Assembly: GCA_041736305.1 (NCBI GenBank)
Contig: JBGSTX010000167.1
Location: 1 to 13,212, forward strand
DNA from: Oligoflexus sp.
GTDB lineage: Bacteria; Bdellovibrionota_B; Oligoflexia; Oligoflexales; Oligoflexaceae
Direction of reading: 5' to 3'
Length of the DNA stretch: 13,212 nucleotides
The notes under the pieces: generated by a model
Database searches by the model: none
Told to the model about the DNA's origin: nothing
The model's input: only the letters and a program-made list of their open reading frames with translations
Shown: piece by piece, positions 1 through 7,276 of the stretch
Position numbering within the stretch: position 1 is the first letter of the stretch
Layout: each line of letters opens with the position of its first letter
Made by a program: the position numbers and the translations under genes

Positions 1-1
1 A

Positions 2-556
2 AAAGTCATGAAACGACTTTGGAGGAAATTGGTCCATGAAGCCAAGACCGAAGGACGGCTTAAGGATGACTGCTGCCTCTTGGATACATCTATTATTAAA
101 GCCCCTCTTGGCGGAGACTTCACGGGCAAATCGCCAGTTCACAGAGGAAGACTTGGGGCCAAAAGGTCGCTATTGACCGATAGTAACGGTATGCCACTGG
201 CGATACTTTCATCAAAGGCCAACCGTGACGATAGAAAACTTTTCGTGGCAACACTTACCGATTCGGTGGTGACACTAAAAATCGGGGCTATTCTTAAAAT
301 GGATAAAGTCTATAGTGGACAGGAAATAAGAGAATGGTCGGAAAGAAAGTTCGGGATCGCCGTCAACGTCCCCCCAGTGAATAATCAGAAGAAACATCAT
401 TACGACATCAGCGGACGATGGAAGGTCGAGCGGACCTTCGCCTGGATCAATGCATTTAGAGGCCTTGCTACAAGATATGAACGAAAGCGGGCCTACCACG
501 ATAGCCTTCTTCATTTCTGGGCGGTTCTGATCTGGGGCAACAGTGGGTGTAACTGA
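2..556 (+). CDS. IS5-family DDE transposase, probably 5'-truncated by the window edge
   Basis: Frame is open from nt 2 (KVMKRLWRKL...). Motifs LLDTSIIKA (D1), GKSPVHRGRLGAKRSLLTDSNGMPL, MDKVY (D2) and RWKVERTFAWINAFRGLATRYER (E) are typical of IS5-family (IS1031/IS427-like) transposases. Confidence 0.9.
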   Translation, partial: KVMKRLWRKLVHEAKTEGRLKDDCCLLDTSIIKAPLGGDFTGKSPVHRGRLGAKRSLLTDSNGMPLAILSSKANRDDRKLFVATLTDSVVTLKIGAILKMDKVYSGQEIREWSERKFGIAVNVPPVNNQKKHHYDISGRWKVERTFAWINAFRGLATRYERKRAYHDSLLHFWAVLIWGNSGCN

Positions 557-659
557 TTAGCTCTTCAAACTAAGTAAGTGGTTTATGATAGGACTTGTTT
601 AAATGACTTGTGCCTATTTATGAAGAAATCATTTATTTTTCTCTTTTGTCTATTGGAAG

Positions 660-702
660 CTGGCAGCTGCATTTACTATAAAGAGCTGCCCAGTTATTTT
701 TT
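660..702 (+). terminator. Possible intrinsic terminator downstream of the transposase
   Basis: GGCAGCT (662-668) pairs with AGCTGCC (684-690), with a 15-nt loop, followed by TTATTTTTT. The loop is long for a terminator. Confidence 0.35.
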
Positions 703-731
703 GAACAAGTTCTTAGGCAAGCTGAGTCTCG

Positions 732-2582
732 CTATTCTACCGCTCCGTTCACCTTGTTCTCAAGCTCACCCCAGCGCGCGTAGAGCCGATCGACCTGATT
801 CTGGGTCTTCTGCATGTGGGCGCTGGCCTGAATAATCTGCTGCGGATCGTCATGTCCCGCCGCCTCTTCCATAGCCTCCTGTGCCTCGGCTAAGGCCGTC
901 TCGGCCGCAAGGATAGTAGCCTCCATAGTGTCGTACTCTCTTTGCTCTTTATAGGAGAGCTTTACAGGCTTATTGGCGCGCGGCTTATCGGCACTTGTAG
1001 ACGCAGGAGCAGAAGAGCCCTTCTGCTTATCTTTTGGCAAGCCCTTCTCTCTCTTGCCACCTTTCAGCTCATCGCGCAGAGTCTGTTCCCACTGACCGTA
1101 GGAGGCATAGGCCTCGATACCACCATCACGGAGAAGCCCAAGATAACTTGTGCAAAGACGATCGAGCAGATAACGGTCGTGGGAGACGAGGACTATCGCT
1201 CCCTTGAAATCGTCCAGACTGTCTTCCAAAGTTTCGAGGGTATCGATATCGAGGTCGTTATTCGGTTCATCGAGCAGGAGGACATCGGCCTTACGCAGCA
1301 TCAGTCGAGCGATGAGAACCTTAGCTTGCTCTCCACCCGAGAGCATAGAAAGAGGCTGATCCAATTGCTCGCTGCGAAATTGAAAGCGCCGCGCCCACGA
1401 AACAACATGAATCGGACGATCTTGGAAAATGACGTTATCCTGTCCTTCGCTCAAAGCTTTCTTCAGCGTACCGCCCTCTTCGAGAGACTGTCGACCCTGA
1501 TCGAAGTAAACCAGCTCCAGCTGCGGGATTTTTGAAACGCTGCCAGCGCTGGGACTGATTTCGCCAGCTATAATTTTAAGCAGTGTCGACTTCCCCGTTC
1601 CGTTGTCTCCCAGCACACCGATGATCTGTCCTGGACTGATCACCAGACTCAGATCTCTAAAGAGTTGGCGATCGCCAAATTTCTGCCCCAGCTCGTTCAG
1701 CACGACCAGCTGCTTGCTTTTGCGACCTGAACCTTGAAAATCAATATCGCTGCTCGACTGCACCAAGCGCTGCTTTAGATCTGTCATTTCGCTCTTCATG
1801 CGCATAGCTTCGTCGATCCGTCCCTTGGCTTTGGTCCCCCGTGCCTTGGGTTGCCGAACGAGCCAATCGTCCTCTTTACGCAATTTGTTGGCGAGCGACT
1901 GCTGCTCTTTCAGCGTGTTCTCGAGATAGCTGCGCTTTTTCTCCATGAACTGCGTATAATTTCCGCTATCGATGCGATGCGAACCCGGGTACAGCGGATG
2001 AATTTCGAGGATACGCTGGGCGACGCGATCGAGAAAATAACGATCGTGACTCACGACGACCCAAGCGAAAGGTGCCTGACGCAAAAATTCTTCGAGCCAC
2101 AAGACGGAACGGATATCCAGATGGTTAGTAGGTTCATCGAAGAGCACGATATCAGGTGTTTTGAGTAGGGCAATTCCTATAGCGAGGCGTTTCTTCCAGC
2201 CACCGGAGAGTTTCGCTACCTGAACGTGGGTTTCTTCAAAGCCGAGCCGGCTTAAGATACGGTGGCCCTCCACCTGTGCCGTATCCCAGCTCAGTCCGGC
2301 CGTCTCGGCCGCCTGCATCATCGTCTCTTCGAGAGTGAGAGTTAGATTGAGCTGAGGTGACTGTTCGACGAAGGCGACGCGGAGCTGTTTACGCTGCACG
2401 ATTTGCCCCGAGTCGATGGCTTCGCGCCCTGCAATCATCTTGAGTAATGTAGATTTTCCAGCGCCATTCGGGCCTATTATGCCGAGTCTTTCGCCATCTT
2501 CGAGCGTTAGCGTGAGATCCTTGAAAAGGACCTTGTGAGTCATCGCCTTGCTAATTCCCTGACAGCTGATCATCACAGACAT
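732..2582 (-). CDS. uup: ABC-F family ATP-binding protein, Uup-like
   Basis: Two ABC domains (GPNGAGKST/LSGGW/DEPTNHLD and GDNGTGKST/LSGGE/DEPNNDLD), linker WLVRQPKARGTKAKGRI, C-terminal KLSYKEQREY...LYARWGELE coiled-coil domain, no TM segments. GAGG RBS upstream. Confidence 0.88.
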   Translation of the reverse strand: MSVMISCQGISKAMTHKVLFKDLTLTLEDGERLGIIGPNGAGKSTLLKMIAGREAIDSGQIVQRKQLRVAFVEQSPQLNLTLTLEETMMQAAETAGLSWDTAQVEGHRILSRLGFEETHVQVAKLSGGWKKRLAIGIALLKTPDIVLFDEPTNHLDIRSVLWLEEFLRQAPFAWVVVSHDRYFLDRVAQRILEIHPLYPGSHRIDSGNYTQFMEKKRSYLENTLKEQQSLANKLRKEDDWLVRQPKARGTKAKGRIDEAMRMKSEMTDLKQRLVQSSSDIDFQGSGRKSKQLVVLNELGQKFGDRQLFRDLSLVISPGQIIGVLGDNGTGKSTLLKIIAGEISPSAGSVSKIPQLELVYFDQGRQSLEEGGTLKKALSEGQDNVIFQDRPIHVVSWARRFQFRSEQLDQPLSMLSGGEQAKVLIARLMLRKADVLLLDEPNNDLDIDTLETLEDSLDDFKGAIVLVSHDRYLLDRLCTSYLGLLRDGGIEAYASYGQWEQTLRDELKGGKREKGLPKDKQKGSSAPASTSADKPRANKPVKLSYKEQREYDTMEATILAAETALAEAQEAMEEAAGHDDPQQIIQASAHMQKTQNQVDRLYARWGELENKVNGAVE

Positions 2583-2823
2583 GAACTTTCCTCTCGCGGC
2601 TCAATTTTTTTTCACCAACTTGGAACCCGGGCGCAGGGCTTACGCCCTCTTACCTAGTCAGCGTGACAATCTTCTTCTTGCAGAAATACCGCAAGCTTCG
2701 TTTGTCACGAGTTACAGTTATGATACAAGTAATGTTAAGGACACTGTTTTCATCGTTCATTTTCTCCCAGCTGCTTTGGGGGTGCCTTATTGCACCTACT
2801 GAGGCCCATTGGAAAGGATTCCT

Positions 2824-3510
2824 ATGTTGAGCTCAAAGACGATCTTACCTACTTGTCTTCTGGCTGCTAACCTCGGCATCGCGGGTATCGCATCAGCGGC
2901 TGACGGCAACGCAAGTCTCTTCTTGCAGTTCTCGGGCCTCAAGTGGTCGAGTGCAGATGAAGATACTACCGATTCCGCCGGAACTGAGTCCAAAGAGACG
3001 ACCAGCACCCTCAAAACCTCTGAACTCGGCGATGCACTTTTCTGGGTTACCATCGACAAGTTCAATCTCTATTTCAATCCTTTCACGGAAAGCTCTAGAC
3101 TTTTTAATCTAGGCTACATGTTCACTGACGCTTTGGAACTTGGCCTGGATATCGGCATCAATAATACTAAAAAAGATGAATCAAAAGACGAAACGACTGA
3201 AAACCTCTACGGTCTTTTTGCAACCTGGTACCAGCCTCTCGGCAAATGGAATCTCGAAGCCACCCTTAACCTCGACATGGTCAATATCGAAAACAAAATC
3301 GGGGCTACAGCCACTACTCCTAGCTCTAAGACCAAAGTTGATGGAAGCAATATCAAGGTCCAGGCTCTCTTCTTTTACTCTCTTGCTAAGAATGCTTGGT
3401 ATGAGGGCGGACTTTCTTATCAAATGAGAAACCTCGAAGGCGATGGCGAAGCCAAGGTTGAAACTAGCCAGATCGATGTGACGCTGGCCGGCATTCGCGT
3501 CTCCATCTAA
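2824..3510 (+). CDS. Probable small outer-membrane beta-barrel protein
   Basis: ATG 2824 follows an AAGGA RBS (2814-2818). Sec signal MLSSK...GIASA|AD. Alternating amphipathic strands (FNLGYMF, LELGLDIGI, YGLFATWY, WYEGGLSYQ) and a terminal strand LAGIRVSI. Confidence 0.7.
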   Translation: MLSSKTILPTCLLAANLGIAGIASAADGNASLFLQFSGLKWSSADEDTTDSAGTESKETTSTLKTSELGDALFWVTIDKFNLYFNPFTESSRLFNLGYMFTDALELGLDIGINNTKKDESKDETTENLYGLFATWYQPLGKWNLEATLNLDMVNIENKIGATATTPSSKTKVDGSNIKVQALFFYSLAKNAWYEGGLSYQMRNLEGDGEAKVETSQIDVTLAGIRVSI

Positions 3511-3518
3511 ATTCGATC

Positions 3519-3571
3519 TGCAGCCTGCGCTGCAAAAAGCTGTCCCGGAACCCCCCTTAGGGTTCCAGGGA
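3519..3571. terminator. Two hairpins between the convergent OMP and pgeF genes; probable terminator(s)
   Basis: TGCAGC/GCTGCA (3519-3534) and TCCC-GGAACCC/GGGTTCC-A-GGGA (3543-3571). On the minus strand the second hairpin is followed by CAGCTTTTT. Confidence 0.55.
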
Positions 3572-3577
3572 TCGCGA

Positions 3578-4270
3578 CTACATTTGTATCCAGCTCCAGT
3601 TGCGTCCAGCTGCTTGCCCCTCTCGCCGATAAGAGTGCCAACGCTCGCCTTCTTTCTTTGTACAGCCGCGAAAAAGCGTAATTTGCTCAGGTGGAAATGC
3701 GACGCGTGCCAGCTGAAAGGCTACGAGCATGCCGAGATCGAGCTGCCAGCGGTCGGCCCGACCTTTACTCGATGCAAAGGCAAATTCCTCGTCTTGCATC
3801 TGAAAAGGTCCCTCTCGCAGGGCAACAATAGGTTCTGGACCCACCTCAAAGCTATCGAGACTGATGCAGGGGCCAATGGCTATCTCCGCTTCGCGCAGGA
3901 CCCAGGAGCGTTCTGCCATGAGACGCAAGCCTTCCGCGACTATGCCCAATCCCAACCCACGCCAGCCAGCGTGAATCGCCAGGGCACCACGGGGATGATG
4001 GATGAGGACTGGGACGCAGTCAGCCGTTTTAACCGCAATAAGCCGACCAGGCTCGCTTGTAAGGAGCCCATCCCCCTCTTCCGGCACGATTGCCCCCCGC
4101 GACTCGACAATTTTTGCGCTGTGGATCTGCCGCAAAGAATGCCCACTAGCATCCAATTCAAAGCCTTTGCCCTCAAAACCATGCTTGATGCCGCGTGCTT
4201 CCCAGCGGGGAACGCGGTGGGTGCTTTCGAGGCAATTGATCTGACTCAGATATTTTTCGAGTCTTCTCAT
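3578..4270 (-). CDS. pgeF: PgeF/YfiH family protein (peptidoglycan editing factor; polyphenol-oxidase/purine nucleoside phosphorylase-like)
   Basis: QIHS, DGLLT, TADCVPV, HAGWRG, IGPCIS..FEVG and SYRR motifs, with the His-Cys-His triad intact. AGGAG RBS upstream. Confidence 0.92.
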   Translation of the reverse strand: MRRLEKYLSQINCLESTHRVPRWEARGIKHGFEGKGFELDASGHSLRQIHSAKIVESRGAIVPEEGDGLLTSEPGRLIAVKTADCVPVLIHHPRGALAIHAGWRGLGLGIVAEGLRLMAERSWVLREAEIAIGPCISLDSFEVGPEPIVALREGPFQMQDEEFAFASSKGRADRWQLDLGMLVAFQLARVAFPPEQITLFRGCTKKEGERWHSYRREGQAAGRNWSWIQM

Positions 4271-4345
4271 CTGGGGATCTCCTGAAGAGATTGGCGTGCA
4301 TGCCTAAGGATTAAAACCGGACTCTTAGCAAAAAGCGAGTGACAT

Positions 4346-4361
4346 TGGCTCAGACTGTGCA
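4346..4361 (+). promoter_or_regulatory. Candidate sigma-54 (-24/-12) promoter upstream of ndh
   Basis: TGGCTCAGACTGTGCA has exact GG-N10-GC spacing and two mismatches to TGGCAC-N5-TTGCW. It ends 76 nt upstream of the ndh ATG. Confidence 0.3.
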
Positions 4362-4437
4362 TTTCTCTGAACGGCGTCATGCGTTTGAATTATGATGAGT
4401 CGGCGTCTGACGGGAATTAAAAAAAGGATAATGCGTT

Positions 4438-5748
4438 ATGAGAATTAAACACTCGGCAGCTGGTAAAGGTAACAAAATCGTTATCATCATCGGCGGCGGA
4501 TTTGCCGGACTGCGCGCCGGCCGCGAGCTAGCTAATAAGCCAGGTGTGCATGTGCTTCTCATCGATCAGAAAAATCACCACCTGTTTCAGCCGCTCCTCT
4601 ATCAGGTAGCCACGGCCGGTCTCGATCCTTCAGACATTGCGGTTCCCATTCGAGCCCAGTTTTCTCGTGCCAAGAACGTAGAGGTTCATCTGGGCCGGGT
4701 TGAGAATATCAATCTCGACGAGAACTGCATCAGTTCAGGCGATTTGTCGCTCGAATACGATTACCTCATCGTCGCTTGCGGGGCGATGCATAGCTACTTT
4801 GGTCATCCAGAATGGGAAGATTTCGCCCCCGGCCTCAAAATAGTCGAGGGGGCCACGGAGATACGCCGACGCATTCTCCTGGCTTTTGAGCATGCCGAAA
4901 ATGAACTCGATCCAGTGAAGCAGAAGGAATTGCTTACCTTCGCCGTCATTGGAGGCGGGCCCACTGGTGTCGAACTTGCGGGAGCGATCGCTGATATCGC
5001 GCGGACCGTTCTCGTGAAAGACTTCAAACGCGTCAATGCAGCAACAGCCAGGGTGATTCTTATCGAAGCCCTCCCAAAAATACTGGGTGCATTTGACGGC
5101 AAGCTCGCTGACAAAGCTGCCCACGATCTGAAGGCACTGGGGGTCGAGGTCAGAGTCAATTCTCCAGTAGAGAAAATCGATGCTGAGGGCGTGCACTTCA
5201 AAACCGATACTCTCAAAACGCAGAACGTATTTTGGGCGGCAGGCGTACAGGCAGCTAAACTCAATTTTATTCCTCCCCGCGAAAGTGATCGAGCAGGGCG
5301 AATTAAAGTCCAGAATGATTTTACTGTATCCTCGTACCCTAACGTCTTCGTAGTAGGCGACATGGCCTCTATGGAAATGTCTCCCGGAAAACTCCTTCCA
5401 GGGCTAGCACCTGCAGCCCTGCAGGCGGGCGACTATGCTGCTCACGTCATTCTCAAGAAGATGCAGAATAAGCCCTGGAAACCGTTTCGCTACCGCGACA
5501 AGGGTCAGATGGCCACGATCGGTAAGCATCGCGCCATCATGCAATCTGGTTCTTTGAAATTAAGTGGATTTCTGGCCTGGGTCGGTTGGCTCTTGGTGCA
5601 CGTTTTTTACCTCATTGGTTTCAAAAATCGCATCACCGTCATGGCCCAGTGGACCTGGAGTTATATGTTCTCCAAACGAGGCTCGCGTCTAATCACGGAT
5701 AGAGAGTGGAGGCTGCGGCCCAATCCTCCAGCGCCGCCGAAGAACTAG
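4438..5748 (+). CDS. ndh: Type II NADH dehydrogenase (NDH-2)
   Basis: IIGGGFAG FAD motif, HLFQPLLYQVATAGL, GGGPTGVELAG NAD motif, VFWAAGV, VFVVGD, FRYRDKGQMATIG and a C-terminal amphipathic membrane anchor (WVGWLLVHVFYLIGFKNR). AAGGA RBS. Confidence 0.95.
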   Translation: MRIKHSAAGKGNKIVIIIGGGFAGLRAGRELANKPGVHVLLIDQKNHHLFQPLLYQVATAGLDPSDIAVPIRAQFSRAKNVEVHLGRVENINLDENCISSGDLSLEYDYLIVACGAMHSYFGHPEWEDFAPGLKIVEGATEIRRRILLAFEHAENELDPVKQKELLTFAVIGGGPTGVELAGAIADIARTVLVKDFKRVNAATARVILIEALPKILGAFDGKLADKAAHDLKALGVEVRVNSPVEKIDAEGVHFKTDTLKTQNVFWAAGVQAAKLNFIPPRESDRAGRIKVQNDFTVSSYPNVFVVGDMASMEMSPGKLLPGLAPAALQAGDYAAHVILKKMQNKPWKPFRYRDKGQMATIGKHRAIMQSGSLKLSGFLAWVGWLLVHVFYLIGFKNRITVMAQWTWSYMFSKRGSRLITDREWRLRPNPPAPPKN

Positions 5749-5777
5749 CCTGCTTCAGCCTATTTCTGCTTCCTGCT

Positions 5778-6656
5778 TCAACCTTCCATTTCAGGCGGCG
5801 TCTTACTGCGGGAAGGACGCCCCTTTGAGCTCCCTTCGCTAAGCTTGGTGGCAGCTGGGACCCTCATCGGCCTTTCTGTATCGTGGCTCAAGAGGGTCTC
5901 GGCTAAGCGCGCAAATTCCTGGGTCAGCTTATGATTCGGTTTATAAAAGGCCAGAGGAATGCCAGCGCTGTGGCTTTCGCGCATCAGAATGGAGGTGCTC
6001 AGGTAAGGTTCGAGCACGGGCAAATCCTTAGCCGCCAAACGTTCGATAGCAGCCTTAGGGAGTTTAGCCTGACTCTGGTAGTGGTTGACGATGATGCCTT
6101 CGACCTTGAGATGCGGCCGGTGATCGTCGGCGACTTCTGCTACGGCGGCCATAACCTGGGCTACAGCGTCCTCGCTGAAAGCATCGCAGTCGAAGGGAAT
6201 CAGCACGCGATCAGCGGCAAGCATAGAACTCATGCTATAGAAGTTGAGCGCCGGAGGAGTATCGAAGAAAACGTCATCAAAGCCCATCTTCTCGCAGGCT
6301 ACATCGATAGCCTCGCCCAGTTTGAAAATCTTGTAGCGCCCTTCCAGTTTCGGCTGCAGTTCTTTCAGACTTTCATCCGCAGGTATAACAAAAAGTCCCG
6401 GGTAATCTGTGTCGTAAATGGTTTCCATGAGGGATTCTTGAAAGAGACGAAAGCTCAGAGTTGAAGAGAAGAAATCAGCTACCGTGTTTTTGGTTTCATC
6501 GAGACGGGCTCCAAGGAGATACTGCGAGGAGTTGGCCTGCGAGTCGAGATCGACGACTAGTACCTTTCTGCCAGCTTTGGCGAAGGCCGCAGCGAGATTA
6601 CAGGTGATAGAAGTCTTGCCCACGCCCCCTTTTTGATTGAACACGGCTCGTTTCAT
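5778..6656 (-). CDS. ParA/Soj-family ATPase (orphan)
   Basis: Deviant Walker A NQKGGVGKTS, VVDLDSQAN, DTPPAL, AADRVLIP, GIIVN and MRESH. GGGAGAGG RBS. No adjacent parB. Confidence 0.9.
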   Translation of the reverse strand: MKRAVFNQKGGVGKTSITCNLAAAFAKAGRKVLVVDLDSQANSSQYLLGARLDETKNTVADFFSSTLSFRLFQESLMETIYDTDYPGLFVIPADESLKELQPKLEGRYKIFKLGEAIDVACEKMGFDDVFFDTPPALNFYSMSSMLAADRVLIPFDCDAFSEDAVAQVMAAVAEVADDHRPHLKVEGIIVNHYQSQAKLPKAAIERLAAKDLPVLEPYLSTSILMRESHSAGIPLAFYKPNHKLTQEFARLAETLLSHDTERPMRVPAATKLSEGSSKGRPSRSKTPPEMEG

Positions 6657-6790
6657 ACGCCTCTCCCGACATGTGTAATCTTTCCTAAATGTCTACGCTG
6701 CCCACAAATGTGCCGGCCTTCGGGCAGTTTGGTCAAGGTTAAACGCTGGGACTGGTGTTTTCCCACCGTTCCCACAGCTCGGAAGGGGAT

Positions 6791-7276
6791 TTAAGATTTT
6801 TGGCTTTTTGCCAGCTGAAAAAGGAGTCCTGAGAGGCCGCTGAGGTAGGAACCAGAACCAAAGCCATAGCAGACGCCAAGGGCATGGGCTGCGGAGTAGG
6901 AGTGCTGCCGAAAGTCTTCGCGACGCGCGAGGTTTGAAAGGTGAACTTCCACAAAGGGTAGCTTGAGCGCTACGAGGCGATCAGCAAGAGCCAAGGAAGT
7001 ATGGGTCCAGGCTCCAGCGTTGATCAGAGCACCATCCCAACCCGCGCTGAGCTTATCGAGAAAAAGACCTTCGTGATTGCTCTGGAAGAAATCAAGCTGA
7101 GGCGTCGCTAGGCCGAAAACTTGAGCCAGCTCAGGAGCCTTGCTGCGGAGCATCACCTCTATCGTACTCAAGGTGTCATAACCGTAGATCTCTGGCTCAC
7201 GGCTCCCGAGCAGATCGAGATTAACGCCTTGGGCTACTAGGATGCGCAGAGCTTTAGGAAGCGGCTTCGTACTCAT
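6791..7276 (-). CDS. aroQ: Type II 3-dehydroquinate dehydratase
   Basis: GVNLDLLGSREPEIYG, QSNHEG, INAGAWTHTSLALAD, EVHLSN and REDFR. Start moved to ATG 7276, where family similarity begins; this overlaps the upstream gene by 23 nt. Confidence 0.93.
   Translation of the reverse strand: MSTKPLPKALRILVAQGVNLDLLGSREPEIYGYDTLSTIEVMLRSKAPELAQVFGLATPQLDFFQSNHEGLFLDKLSAGWDGALINAGAWTHTSLALADRLVALKLPFVEVHLSNLARREDFRQHSYSAAHALGVCYGFGSGSYLSGLSGLLFQLAKSQKS

Larger units (their letters stand above)
1..712 (+). mobile_element. 3' part of an IS5-family insertion sequence; candidate right inverted repeat at 697-712 followed by TTA
   Basis: Transposase followed by an AT-rich tail ending TTTTTTGAACAAGTTC|TTA. 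The reverse complement GAACTTGTTCAAAAAA resembles IS5-family termini, and TTA fits a TNA target. The left end is outside the window, so the boundary is unconfirmed. Confidence 0.6.

Noticed and set aside
578..835. 85-aa ORF after the transposase as a possible IS passenger gene
   Set aside because: Crosses the candidate IS end, overlaps the 3' end of uup and has no recognisable motif.
942..2168. Plus-strand ORFs of 197 and 105 aa
   Set aside because: Antisense shadows of uup.
2581..2802. 73-aa ORF in the uup/OMP intergenic region
   Set aside because: Its ATG overlaps the uup start codon on the opposite strand, it has no RBS, and the region is more plausibly regulatory.
2809..2823. TTG start for the OMP
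   Set aside because: The RBS lies inside this stretch and fits ATG 2824.
278..3307. 13-bp direct match AAAATCGGGGCTA at 278-290 and 3295-3307
   Set aside because: About one such match is expected by chance in 13 kb, and both copies are within unrelated coding sequence.
3584..4285. 233-aa ORF antisense to pgeF
   Set aside because: Mirror frame of a conserved gene, with no family features.
4735..6464. ORFs antisense to ndh and parA
   Set aside because: Shadows of strongly supported genes.
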